DNA from: Mantamonas sphyraenae STR306 | Taxonomy: Eukaryota > Protista > CRuMs | Reading direction: 5' to 3' | Assembly (NCBI GenBank): GCA_026936335.1 | Contig: JAPMXV010000013.1 | Span: 62,001-126,000, forward strand | Length of the DNA stretch: 64,000 nt | Shown: in pieces, positions 24,185 to 36,001 of the stretch | Position numbering within the stretch: the first letter of the stretch is position 1 | Layout of the letters: every line of letters starts with the position of its first letter | Position numbers and translations under genes: made by a program | Notes under the pieces: generated by a model | Seen by the model: only the letters and a program-made list of their open reading frames with translations | Database searches by the model: none | Told to the model about the DNA's origin: nothing

Positions 24185-24353
24185 CGCGAATGAAAAGCAG
24201 TAGATTGTCTGCCCCAGGGCACACTCTGATTGGTTCAATTAATCCCCAGCACATCCTTTGGTGCCGGTGCCCCTCCTGCACATCGCATGTGGCATGGGGG
24301 CATGGGGTCACTCTCCGGGCAGGCACCCAAGACAAACCCCGGAGAACCACAGG

Positions 24354-25838
24354 ATGACCTGGTGGCTACTGGTGCTCATTCCCGTGTGTCTTCGCCTGTG
24401 GGGATGGATCCGCAGTGTAAAGTCACCCAACACGGTGGGGTTCTTCCACCCGTATGCGTATGTACAAGTGGCAGGGGCGGGCAACGGGGAACCGGAGCCC
24501 GTCTGTGTGTGTGTGAGTGACGTCAACGGCTGACCCACCACCCACCCGCACACACGACACACGACACACAGCAACGACGGCGGTGGGGGCGAACGGGTAC
24601 TGTGGTGTGCAGTGCATGCGTTGCAGACACATCGGGACACACAGTGCATTGTGTACAGTGGAGACGCGGTGGAAAAGGCAGCGGTGGTGGCCAAGGTGCA
24701 GCAGCGTTTCGGGATTGCTCTGGACCCGCAACGGCTGAGCCTGCGCAGACTGTACACACGTGTGCTTGTGGAAGCCTGGTTGTACCCTCGGTTCACCATG
24801 TTGGGCCAGAGTCTGGGTTCGGTGGTGCTTGCCCTGGAGACCGTACTTGTGGCAGGCGTTCCCCGCTTCGTCTGCGACTCCATGGGCTACGCCTTCACCT
24901 ACCCTGTGTTTGTCTGGCTGGCTGGCTGCACCGTGGGCTCCTATGTACATTACCCGACAATCAGCACAGACATGCTTGCGCGTGTGCAGCACGCTCACCA
25001 GGGTCAGGTGACGAATGCCGACGTCATCCGCAAGTCGCAGACGTTGACACGCGCCAAAGTGGCCTACTATCGTCTGTTTGCACGGATGTATGCTTGGGTG
25101 GGTTCCTTCTCCTCGTTGGTGATGACCAACAGCAGCTGGACGGCGGCACACATCGACGACCTCTGGCACACTCGCTCGTCCGTGGTGTATCCGCCATGCA
25201 ACGCAACCCTGTTTGCCCAATTCCCACTGTTGCCACGTGATCGCTCCCTCATCATCTCCATTGCCCAGTTCCGTCCGGAGAAGGATCAGCTGCTGCAGCT
25301 GGAGGCGTTTGCGCTGCTGCGGGACATGTTGCGTGAGCGAAACAGTTCCCATTCGCCCCAATTGCACATGATTGGCGCATGTAGGCATGCACAGGACGAG
25401 GAGGTGCTTGCTGGGCTGCGTGTGCGCGCCAAGGAGCTGCAGCTGGAGGACGATGTCACCTTTGTGGTCAATGCAAGCTTTGACGCCCTCCAGGAGTACC
25501 TGCAGACTGCACACATGGGCTTGCACACCATGTTGGACGAACACTTGGGCATCAGCGTGTGTGAGATGCTTGCTGCCGGGGTGCTGACCATTGCCAACAA
25601 CTCGGCAGGACCCAAGATGGACATTGTGGTGCCGTGCCACCCACAGGACCAGGCAGTGGGGTTCCTGGCCCTCTCTGCACAGGAGTACGCCGATAGCATG
25701 GCCTATGTCCTGGACATGTCCGAGGACGAGCAGAGCCAGGTCCAGCAGCGTGCACGCAAACGCATGCTCGACCTCTTTAGCGAGGAGGAGTTTGCAAAGG
25801 TGTTTGTGGACAAGGTGGATGCCTGGAGGGGCGCATGA
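24354..25838 (+). CDS. ALG11: GDP-Man:Man3GlcNAc2-PP-Dol alpha-1,2-mannosyltransferase; exons 24354-24457, 24572-25838
   Basis: Spliced GFFHPYANDGGGGERVLW, DSMGYAF, YVHYPTISTDM, NSSWT, VYPPC, AQFRPEK, EHLGISV, NSAGPKMDIV. Confidence 0.96.
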
Positions 25839-26031
25839 GCACGCCGTGTGCGTGGGAGGGAGAAAACCCAGCCGAATCCTCATGAAGCTTCAGGAAGTTT
25901 CAGAAATGTCCAGCAAGAATTTGCCAAGAAGGCCCATCGCCGTGCACAGAAGACAGATAGAGATAAATAGGACACTTCATTGTTTGATTGGATTGACTTT
26001 TGCTGTACATGTTGGAGGGATGACGAGGTGC

Positions 26032-26283
26032 TCACATGGTGGCCTCGCGGGAGACATAGCCCGGGGTCATCTTCTTCATGACCTCCTCCTTGTCCAGCTG
26101 CATCACGTGGTTGTCCGTGCGCTTGCCCGTCATGGACGGGAGCGGAGTCTTGTCCAGCTGCACATCCGGGTTGTGCATCAGCTGGTGGGTGACCATTGTG
26201 CCGGCACCGGTGACCACACCGCCGAGCAGCAGCACCAGCGGGGTCACTTCCCATGCAAACCATGCGTTCTTAGCCTTGCTCAT
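26032..26283 (-). CDS. B12D/NDUFA4 (MLRQ)-family small mitochondrial membrane protein
   Basis: W..WEVTPLVLLLGGVVTGAG..QLMHNPDV matches the family pattern. 83 aa. Confidence 0.75.
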   Translation of the reverse strand: MSKAKNAWFAWEVTPLVLLLGGVVTGAGTMVTHQLMHNPDVQLDKTPLPSMTGKRTDNHVMQLDKEEVMKKMTPGYVSREATM

Positions 26284-26535
26284 TGTTGTTCGTTTAAAAG
26301 AGTGTTCGAGGTGGAGTCGAAGAGTTGTTAAAAGTCCTTGTCGGAGTTTCTTGGTCGACCCGGCGCAGGGGCGCCCTCCGCTTTTCAAGGCGCCACGGAA
26401 GGTTCTGCGAATCTTCGCGCCGGATCTTCGAAACCTCGCGCACCTTCGAGCCCAGGACACACATAGGGGATGCGGCGCCACATGCACCACCCGACCCAAG
26501 ACAAAGTCGTCTCCAAACACACACTCATACCTACC

Positions 26536-26769
26536 ATGTCTCGTATGCTCCAATCCGTAAAGACCAACGCCAACGTCCTGTCCGTTGGCATCACACTCGG
26601 CTTTGCCGTGGGTCTCACCGAGACCATGCATGCACAGGGTCTCAGCTCTCTGTCGCCCGAGGTGCAATACACTACATCGCCGGCCATGTTTGATGCCATC
26701 CAGGCTCGTGTCGACGCACGTGCTGGCTGGAGCCTCGGCCGCAACAACGTGCCCCACCATCCCAGGTGA
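26536..26769 (+). CDS. Hypothetical 77-aa protein with one hydrophobic segment
   Basis: ATG in ACC-ATG context, host-like C-ending codons, and a position that fits the strand-alternation pattern. No family recognised. Confidence 0.45.
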   Translation: MSRMLQSVKTNANVLSVGITLGFAVGLTETMHAQGLSSLSPEVQYTTSPAMFDAIQARVDARAGWSLGRNNVPHHPR

Positions 26770-27176
26770 TGACCTGTAGTCACCTGGTCGACTTGAGTTC
26801 TCCCTCCCTCGCTGTGGGTGGTTGTGTACATTGTGTGCAGCCTTGCGCAAGCAGTCGGTGTCCTCGAACCTCGTGGAGGATTCGATGGCGAAAATCCGCA
26901 AACCCGCGGACAACACCGGTGTCCACACAACCACATCCCCACGCATCCCTCCATTCCCTCCCGGTTCCAACCATGGATTTGTAAATGTTGTGGGTCGAAC
27001 GAACGCGCATTCCAACACTGAAGACAATGGCATCAGACGGCGAACGCTGTGGCACCTGCAGCTGCCAAAATCAAAGTCCCTTTGACAAAATCTCTTCATC
27101 ATCCTGGCCTCCATCCACTGTCTTCCATGCTCATCTCCTCCCACCAACAAAGGCAGCACAACTCAGAAAAAACTCC

Positions 27177-30100
27177 TCACAAATTTCCATTCCAACCGCG
27201 CCCACCATCCTCATCATCGTCCCACAACAACTGCACGTGGTCATCCACAGTGTCCACACGCTTCTCCAGATTCACCAATGCAGCGCGCAGCTCGTCCGAG
27301 ACTGCCACGTGGCCCATGGACGAGGAAGAGCCCGCAGCCTCCATCTGCTCAATCTTCTCCCGCGTCTCCCTCAACCCGCGCCTCAGTTCCTCCACCTCGG
27401 CTTGTGTCATGGCTCCCTTGCTGCTGCTCTTTTGCTGCAGCTCCGTGACCCACGCCAGAAGTTTCGGGTACTGTGCCATCAGGCGCTTGATCGCTGCAAA
27501 CTGCTTCCCCACGCGTCTCTCCAGTTTGTCCATGCGCATGTCCTGTGCATCCATGCGTCCTTCCTGTGCATCCATCCGCTCGTTTTGTCTCCTGAACTCC
27601 TCTCGGACCCATTCCTGGTCCGATTGATCAGCCTTTGTTGGCGCAATGCCAAACAGAAGCTCGATGCGTTTCAATCCCACCTCAGCCGTCCGGCAGTACC
27701 CTGCGTCTGCGCTACTGCCTTCCAACAGCTGCTCAACCGTCTCTCGCAGCGTGTGGTCGTTCCAGTCCATGCGACACACCGTCAGCACGTCCGTGCTGCA
27801 CACACATCGGTTGCACAGTGGGTACACAAACAACCTGCTGTGCAGTCCTTCATACAGGCCCGACTGCTTGGCCACCTCTCTCAACTTCTTTTCCGCCTTT
27901 GCCATCATGTCAGCCACCCCGTCCCACTCTGTGTGTGCCACAATCACATCGATGTGGCGTGTGTTTGGCTCGTGCACAGCCACAATGTGCCCCTGTCCAG
28001 ACACGTACACCTTCATCCAATTGAGGTACACGTCTTCCTCCAACACATCACCACGGTACTCCTCCAACAGCCGCACCTGAAGCAGATTGAACAGAGCTGG
28101 TGGCAGAATGTGCCAGTTTTCCTTCTGCCATGCCTCGTTGTGCTCCTCCTCGCTTCCATCCATCGTCTCTGGCGCATCACCTGTCCACTCGTGACCGTTG
28201 GCTACCCACACGAAGCGTCGTCCCATGCGACACGGGTTGTTTTGAAGCCACTTGTCCGGCAGCGGATCCAAACGCCTCCGCAGGTACGGGAACAGCAGCT
28301 GCTCCTCACCCACACGTGCACACATCTCAACCTCACATAACAGACCCAACAACACATCTCCCACAACACCACAGTCGTCTTCCACACGCACGCTGGTGCT
28401 GGTGCCGCTGCTGGAAGACTCTGACGACGACAGCAACGACGACGACGAAGGTGACGACAAGTCCTCTTCTGTGGCAGCCACCAAATGCATGTGCAAATGC
28501 TCCACCTGGCGTCGCAGCTTGTCATCCCATGTCACCAGGCCATGATGCGATCCCCCGTCGATCTGCGCACTCTTGTCCAGCCCCTGCACGTCATCCCCCT
28601 CGATGAAACCTCCCATCAACTTGGCCAGCCACACAGGATTCAACACAACCAGACGAGCTTCCTTGTGCCACACCACTTCCTGCAGGTGGTGCAGCTCGTC
28701 CAGCGACGCCTTGAAAATGCGTCCACTCTTGCTTGGAAAATGCTCCACCATCTTGCTGTCCCTGTTCACCGCGTCTTCCAACTCCCACGTACGCAACCAC
28801 GGCTTGATCCGCATGTCCTCTTCCTTGCGCAGCGTCTGCACGTACTTTTGCAATTCCACCGTCCCACGCGGCACCATCCGTCTCGTCGCAAGCTCCTTGC
28901 TCGCTGCATTCAATGACACAAGCAGCGGCTTCACATTGCCTCTGTACGACGACGCATCCACCACAAATGCCCCGTCCTCGGCGTCCATTTTGAGCTGCTT
29001 GTACCTGTTGCTCTGCTTCCACGCTTGTACCCACCCCTTCAAGTCCTTCAATGCCTTTTCCCTGTCCATGCGTGCTCCTTGTGTCACTTCCTCCGCCAGA
29101 TCCGCATGAGTCAGCACAAACCACATCTGCGGTTTCTTTTTCTCCGCCACACGCGCAGACACCTTGCTCGACACCATGTCCAGCCACAGTTCCAACTCTG
29201 TCCTTGCCGCATCCATGTCCACCTTGTGACACTCCGACAGGTCATCCCATGCCACCATCGATGCCACCAGAACAAACACTCCGCCCTGGCCCATCAGCAG
29301 ATACTGGTGGCCCACCCAGTACTCTGCCTGCCCGCCATAGTCGCTGATACGCACCTGAACATTGTCCAGTGGGAATTCGTACACGTCCATGCCGTGTGTG
29401 GACAGCGTGTTGCGTCGAGCGTTCAGCGCCTGCTTTCTCGACTTGAACTTCATCTTTCCCCACAACATCTTGCCAAACGAACTGTGCTCTCGCATGGTAT
29501 TGATCAGGGTCGTCTTGCCCTGTCCCCCATGACCCAGCACCATCCAGTTGACCCATTCCCACGGCGTGTCCATCCGCGACAGGTAGTCCACCACTGCAGC
29601 CCCACCCTTCTTCACCACATGACCCGGCACATCATCCAGAGTCTCGTCATCGTCCAACAGGAGCACTTGCAGCTTCTGCAGCCTGGCCATAGCCTGTCGT
29701 GGAAGCACGCTGATGACACATTTCCGCATGTCCAGGATCTGCAGCTCCTTGCACTGGCCAATCCCCTCTGGCAGCTCGCGCACCTGCTCCTCAACATCGT
29801 CCTCCTGTGTCAGCTGCAATGTGCGCAGATTGGACAGGTCCAACGCAGAAAACGCATCCGACAGATGCTGCGTGCTGTGGAACCGCACATTGAGAGGGGC
29901 ACTCCAGCACGAGATGATCTCATCGGCCTCGTTGCCTACCGAACTGCCACGTTGCACAGCACGGTGTCCCTTGTCCAGGTGCATTCGCATCCCTGTGGGT
30001 GTGTGGATGTCTGGGTGCACCAGGCCGTCCAAACACGCCGTGAGGAGCTGCGTGGCCACTTCTCGCGTCCACTCCATCTGATGTTGCATACGCCAACCAT

Positions 30101-33100
30101 GCAAACTGGACCCATAATCCCTCAGGATGGCGTATGTGTGTGTCCCCTGCATCATCCGAACCAGAGTTGGGCACACGCTCAGATCTTCGCTCGTCACCCG
30201 TGCGCCACATTGGACCAACAGCACCATCACACGCAGATGACCACTCGAACCTGCATACCACAGTGCAGAGCGCCCCTCGTGATCTCGTGCGTCGATTCCA
30301 ACGTCATCCGAGTCCAACATCGCTTTCACCAAATCCATCCACCCTTCCTCCGCTCCAATCATCAGCCCTGACATCCCCTCCAGATCCCTGCCGCGTCCTC
30401 TCGATCCTGCCTTTAACAGGCAATTCAGAATCCCGTGATGCCGTATGCGAAGCGCTGCCTCCCACACCGTCTGCTGTTCCTTCGCCCCCGCATCACCCAA
30501 AGCTCCAAAGGCAAGCAGTGTCTCTACAGCCTCTTGCTTGCCCGACAGCACCGCCCATACCAACGGCGAGTTGCCCACGGCTGTCGTGCGATGGATGTGT
30601 GCTCCGGAGGCGTGCAGAGTCAACACGCACTCTCGCCTTCCATTCGCCGCAGCCACCATCAGTGCATCCCATTGGTCCTCTCCACTCGCATACGAAACGT
30701 CTGCACCAGCATCCAACAGCACACCCACCACACCAACAAATCCACCTTCGGCAGCCACCATCAACGGCGACCATCCATCCACAGTCGCAGCGTTCACATC
30801 TGCCCCATGCCTCACCAGCACCTCTACGCACGCCTGTCGTCCCTCCAGGGCTGCATACATCACAGCTGTGCCACCAGACTCCTGGGCAGCGTTGACATCG
30901 ACACCAGCGTTCACCAGGGCTTCGAGCAGATCTGCGTGTCCGTCTTTTGCCACGTGCATCGCCGGTGTCCACCCGTCTTCATCCACATACGTCGCACGTG
31001 CACCACGTGCAAGAACTAGGTTCGCCAGCTTGGTCCACTCCTCCTCACACGCCACCAGCAGAACTTTGTCCAGCACATCGTCACCTGGGTTTGCTTCGCT
31101 CCTTTCTGCCAGCACCGTCATCAGCTGTCTGTCTCGTGACCCTAGACCAAGTTTCCACAGAGTGGAAACAATTTCTGTGTCCTTCGGCATCTGCTTCATG
31201 TGTGTCATCAGCGACCGCATCGCTTGCAGATTGCCACTTTGCAAACAGAGGGCGAGCGCCGTTTTCCCATCCACGTCCTCGTCTTCAGTCCTTGCACCGG
31301 CTTCAAGCAGTAGGTTCACAGTGATGATGTTTGTGCTCTCGCGAACACATGCCTCCATGAGCGCTGTGCGCTTTGTCTCAGCCTGTACGGCGTTGACATC
31401 CACACTCGCAGCGAGGAGCGTCCGAATCCCATCCAAATCGTTGTTCCTGACATCGGAAAAGAACAAAGCGGATGCATCACCCGGATTGTTGCGAACCAGT
31501 ATCTTCAACATCTCTTCACGTGCCTTGTCTGTCCATTCCCGCGTCACCACTTCCACCAAGGAGCGGCCACGCACACGCACTCTCGTATCCGCCCCCGCCT
31601 TGACTAGCGCCATGATACAATGTCTGTGACCACGTTCCATCGCTTGCTGGAGTGCTGTCGCCCCCTGATCATCCTGGGCTCCCAAATCTGCGCCAAGCGC
31701 AATGAGTTTCTCGACGGCCTTTGCGTTGCCATAGAACGCAGCAAGGGTGAGTGCTGTGTCATTGCCAGATTTTCGCTGTTCCATATCGGCTCCTGCTCCC
31801 ACAAGCACGTCAATCATGTCCGCATTGTTCTTCGCTGCAGCCATGTGGAGCGCACTCCAAAGTCCTTCCTCAGTCGTTGCGTTCAGATCCACTCCATGTT
31901 CCACAAGCTGTCGAGCAACTTCAAGATGATTCCTGTTTGCTGCTCTGAGCAAAAGTGTCCATCCATCCTGGCCCACCGTATTTGGATTTGCACCCGCAGC
32001 CAGGAGCGCTCTCGTGATACCAAGGTGTCCTTGGTTCACTGCCACAGCGAGAGCAGAATACCCATCCGCATCCGAGCGGCGTGGGTCCGCCTTTGCTTCG
32101 ATCAGTAACTTCACAAGCTCTTCATGCCTGTACGCCGCCCTGTACAGGGGCGAGTTCAGGACCTCTTTGCCACCATCCACATCCGCTCCAGCCTCCAAGA
32201 GCACTTTAACGGCCTCCACATGACCATCGTCACACCCAAGAGCTAAGGGAGTACTCCCCGCCTTGGTGAGTGCCTCCTTGTCAGCACCTGCATCGAGGAG
32301 GGTTCGAATAGCCATGGTATGCCCCTTCTGTGCACAGCAGTGCAATGCCGTGAACGCATTGGATGGGTTGATGTCATCCACATGAACTCCTTCTGTGCTT
32401 AGCAGCCAGTCAATCACCTCTGCATGGCCATCGAGTGCAGCCAGGTGGAGTGCATTCCACCCGTCTACGTTTTGTGCCAGGGGATTGGCACCCGCATCCA
32501 ACATCATCTTGGCACAGTGTGCGTGGCCTGAAGCGGCTGATATCATGAGGGGGGTCTCTTCCTCGGCATGTTTGGCTTCCACGTCCGCTCCAGCATCCAA
32601 AAGCAACTGGACGCAGTCCTGATGCCCTTGCTCGCACGCCAGGTGAAGTGGAGATCTCCTCTTTTTCACATCACCCCTCTCAATGTCAGCACGTGCGTTG
32701 ATGAGCTGAGCAACAATGTCCTTGTGCCCAGTGCAACAGGCAGCCCCGAGCGCGGTTAACTGTGAAAAACCAACTTTGTCCACATCAGCACCAGCTGCAA
32801 GGAGAATATCGACGCATGCGTAGAAACCTCTGGCTGCTGCAAGGGTCAGGGGGCGTACATCATCGACCACAAAGTTCACGTTGGCCGCGTGTTTGCACAG
32901 CAAGTCCACGACGTCGCTGGCACCGATCGCCGCAGCACAGAGCAGCGGAGACCACCGATTCGTTGTTGGTTCCACCTTGGCACCCGACTTTAAGAGAAGT
33001 TCTGCACATGGAGCATTGCCCAATTGGGATGCAGCGCACAGTCGATGTTCGCTTCGTGTTCGACCGTTTGCAACATCTGCACCACTGAGAAACCCTTTCA

Positions 33101-34096
33101 AGGCGTTGTCATCTCCACAGAGAAGAGCCCAATCCACACTCTCATTGCTCCTCTTCAGTGCTTGGGAGACCATTGCTTGCACACTGTCCAGTAGCGACGT
33201 CGTCTTTGGCAGAACGACAATCCGGCTCCTTTGGACCACATTGGTCCTTCTGAGTTTCTCCAACCGTGCATCCGCATCCGCATCCCCCAAATAGGCAATG
33301 GTGATTGGATGTTCCAGCTCGTCGCGTCGATCTCCCCACAAACGGTCGAAAAGGAACCCGTCGTCACTTTGTGAGCCCGGTTCGTCATCACACAGCACCA
33401 CCAGAGTCGCCAGATGTGCTACCGAGACATCCGATGTTGTAAAAACATTCATCAGCACATCCACTGTGTCGTGAATGCCCGGAAATCTCCAAACACCACC
33501 TTTCAGGGCGACACGTTCCGATGCGATTGCTGGTGATCACCAAACCCTCATGTGTGAGTGCCCTATCGTGTGAAGAATGCGTGCGATTGTATCACCCACT
33601 TACCATCCAACACCTTTTCCACATGTTTTTCGCTCTTGACGTGCAGATCCACCATCACCGTCCGTTTTCCTGGTTCCTGATGAGGCCTCTTTTTGTCCAC
33701 GTCCCTCTCCCGCTTCTCCTTTCCAGCCCCAGCCTTCCTCTCCATCTCCTGCACCCCCTGTTTCGTTTCAACATCCTCTCTAGGGCTATCTGCACCCTCT
33801 TGGTGGTCTGCTTTCTTGCCATTCTCCTGTTGGGTTCCCACGTCAATGGTGGCACCCTCGCCACCCACTTCCACCACCATCTCCTCGCCTTCTTCTGCCA
33901 CCTCATCATCCTTCTGGCGGTTGTGCCCCTTTGGCACCTCTTTGTGGATCTCGTTGTCATCTTCCTGGGGTGTAACGGTGTTGGCAAACACAGCCACGTG
34001 TGTCAACACCTGCTTGCGCATGTCCTCATCGTCTGGTTTGCTTGTTTCCCACAGAGACACCATGTCACGCACACTCTGTCTCTTGTTTTGACTCAT
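27177..34096 (-). CDS. Roco protein: ankyrin repeats-LRR-Roc-COR-coiled coil, no kinase (about 2281 aa); exons 34096-33604, 33529-27177
   Basis: A 74-nt GTAAGT..CAG intron joins ORF 33563-34096 to ORF 27177-33464 in frame. More than 20 ankyrin repeats, a few LRRs, Roc motifs GHGGQGKTT / STHG / DYGGQ / LTHAD, and COR motif VVLNPVWL. Confidence 0.9.
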
Positions 34097-34233
34097 CGTT
34101 CACCCACACCCTCTCTCTCGTCACAACAACCTTGCGTTGGTGCATCCATCGCAACCCCCCTGCATCCTCCATTGCACCAACCATGGACTGTTGTTGGTTG
34201 GCCACACAGTCACGTAGACATGCTTCCCTGCAC

Positions 34234-35103
34234 ATGAGCATCTTGCGTGTGTGTGCCACAATGCGTCACACAGCCGCTGAGGCTTCCTCCACTCTCTTTC
34301 TCAACGCCGTCTCCACGCTCTCTGCCCTCATCGCTGGTCAACATGCTGGCACAATCTACTTTATTACCACCACTGTGCACACACATCTCTCCCATGCATC
34401 CCCCGATCTCGCTCAACGCCTCCTCGACGCCTTGCCTGACGCACAACCAGCCCGTGCATCGCTCGCTTGCCACACGCCCACGACTTTCACTCCACACAAG
34501 CCACACCACCGTAGCAGCCCCTTTGTATATGCGACGCCACGAGCCGACTTTTTGCGTGCTCTCCAAAGGGCTGACAAAGACGCTCTCGCAGCCCTGTGTG
34601 CCGCTGCCGCTCGCGATCACCCTCAGCGCCTCTGCACCTACCAGGCCCTCATGTGGCGCTGCATCCCCCCTTCTCCCTCGTCAATGCCTACAGCCACAGC
34701 CCTCTTCAACCGCCTGACGCCCACCAATGTGCATGCGTCTGCAACGCAAGGCCAGCTCGCTTTCCACTTGGGCATCACGCCTGTGCCTACGCTTTGTGCC
34801 CTCTATCGCTTCTCCTTACGCCACAATGACTTGTCACTTTGTCAATCGCTCCCCCTCGTGTCTGACCTGCCTCCCAGCTTGCACACAGCGGCCGTGGCTG
34901 CCCTGGCAACCCAGGCTGTCCTTGCCGCCGACGAACTCGCCCTCGAGCACATCATCAGCGCCTTTCTGCAGCCGCATGCAGCACTGTACACCTATTTCAC
35001 CTCTATCGGACGTACAGGCCTCCTCCATGGCCAAAGACTATCCAGCAAGCAACGCTTAGCTGTGTCCTACCTCGCCAATGCCACGAATTTTGATTCAGAG
35101 TAA
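34234..35103 (+). CDS. Hypothetical helical protein
   Basis: Stop-free 289-codon frame filling the space between two minus-strand genes. No motif recognised. Alternative start 34261. Confidence 0.55.
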   Translation: MSILRVCATMRHTAAEASSTLFLNAVSTLSALIAGQHAGTIYFITTTVHTHLSHASPDLAQRLLDALPDAQPARASLACHTPTTFTPHKPHHRSSPFVYATPRADFLRALQRADKDALAALCAAAARDHPQRLCTYQALMWRCIPPSPSSMPTATALFNRLTPTNVHASATQGQLAFHLGITPVPTLCALYRFSLRHNDLSLCQSLPLVSDLPPSLHTAAVAALATQAVLAADELALEHIISAFLQPHAALYTYFTSIGRTGLLHGQRLSSKQRLAVSYLANATNFDSE

Positions 35104-35154
35104 AATACAAGACCACACCACCAGAACCACATTTCCACGTCAATCAAAATTCAT

Positions 35155-35901
35155 TCACTGGTTCTTCTTTTCATCGTCGTCACCTTCACTCTCATCGTCT
35201 TCTTCATCTTCTTCCTCATCGTCATCGTCATTGTCATCGTCATTGCCTATCCTGGTGACGAGGAGGACGAAATCGAGCAGCGCCAAGCCGACGGCCACGC
35301 CGAGGGGAGAGACGCGAGGCACAAGCTGAAACGCGCCCCAGGTCTTGTTGATGGCGTAGTGATACCAAGCACTGAGGGCCAACGAGGCATAGGCTGCCAA
35401 GCGTGCCAGAAAGAGAATGCCACTGCCCACGGCAAGCAGGGTAGCGTTGGGCTGGTCGTCGGAGAGGGCCATGTCAAGTTCAACCAGGCCTTGACGCACG
35501 GCGATGAGCAGGCAGACGACGTGGAGGGTGCGGTTGCGCACGTCGGCCAATTCGATAAAGAGAGGCAAGGCCATGCGTTGGAGAAAGAGGAGGAGCAGGT
35601 AGAAGGGAGAGGCGTTGTCGGCGGCCAACTCAAAGAGCAGGCGGCCGGCAAAGTAGACAAGAAGGAGGGCGTTGGACACAGAGGACATGCGGACAATCAA
35701 GCACAAGGTGGACTTGTGGCCACACACGTCGACATCTTCGCTCAGAGCCTGGGCCATGTCGACGGAGGAGTAGAAGCCCGGAAAGAAGCTGCGGAGGCGC
35801 GGAATGACAAAGGTGTGGGCCATGACGGTGGCCAAACTCATGACCACCGCAGCCAAACACAGGGCAAAGAGGACAACACGGTAGGAGGAGAGGAGGTGCA
35901 T
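35155..35901 (-). CDS. Hypothetical multi-pass membrane protein with acidic tail
   Basis: 5-6 hydrophobic segments and an Asp/Glu C-terminus ending KKNQ (possible dilysine ER-retrieval signal). Confidence 0.65.
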   Translation of the reverse strand: MHLLSSYRVVLFALCLAAVVMSLATVMAHTFVIPRLRSFFPGFYSSVDMAQALSEDVDVCGHKSTLCLIVRMSSVSNALLLVYFAGRLLFELAADNASPFYLLLLFLQRMALPLFIELADVRNRTLHVVCLLIAVRQGLVELDMALSDDQPNATLLAVGSGILFLARLAAYASLALSAWYHYAINKTWGAFQLVPRVSPLGVAVGLALLDFVLLVTRIGNDDDNDDDDEEEDEEDDESEGDDDEKKNQ

Positions 35902-35933
35902 GGCGAGAGTGGGGACCCGAGTGAGTGAGGGAT

Positions 35934-35958
35934 GTGTGTGTGTGTGTGTGTGTGTGTG
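35934..35958. repeat. (TG)n microsatellite in a divergent intergenic gap
   Basis: Read directly from the sequence. Confidence 0.95.
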
Positions 35959-36001
35959 CGCAGGGGCAGACAACAACTCCACCACCACCCCCCCCTCAAA
36001 C

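Noticed and set aside
26340-26450. GC-rich stretch with TTCGA as a possible tRNA
   Set aside because: No cloverleaf or properly spaced A/B boxes could be built.
26770-27176. Short ORFs in the 407-bp gap, including the upstream part of ORF 26032-27159
   Set aside because: No motif or consistent codon bias; more simply the 3'UTRs of convergent genes.
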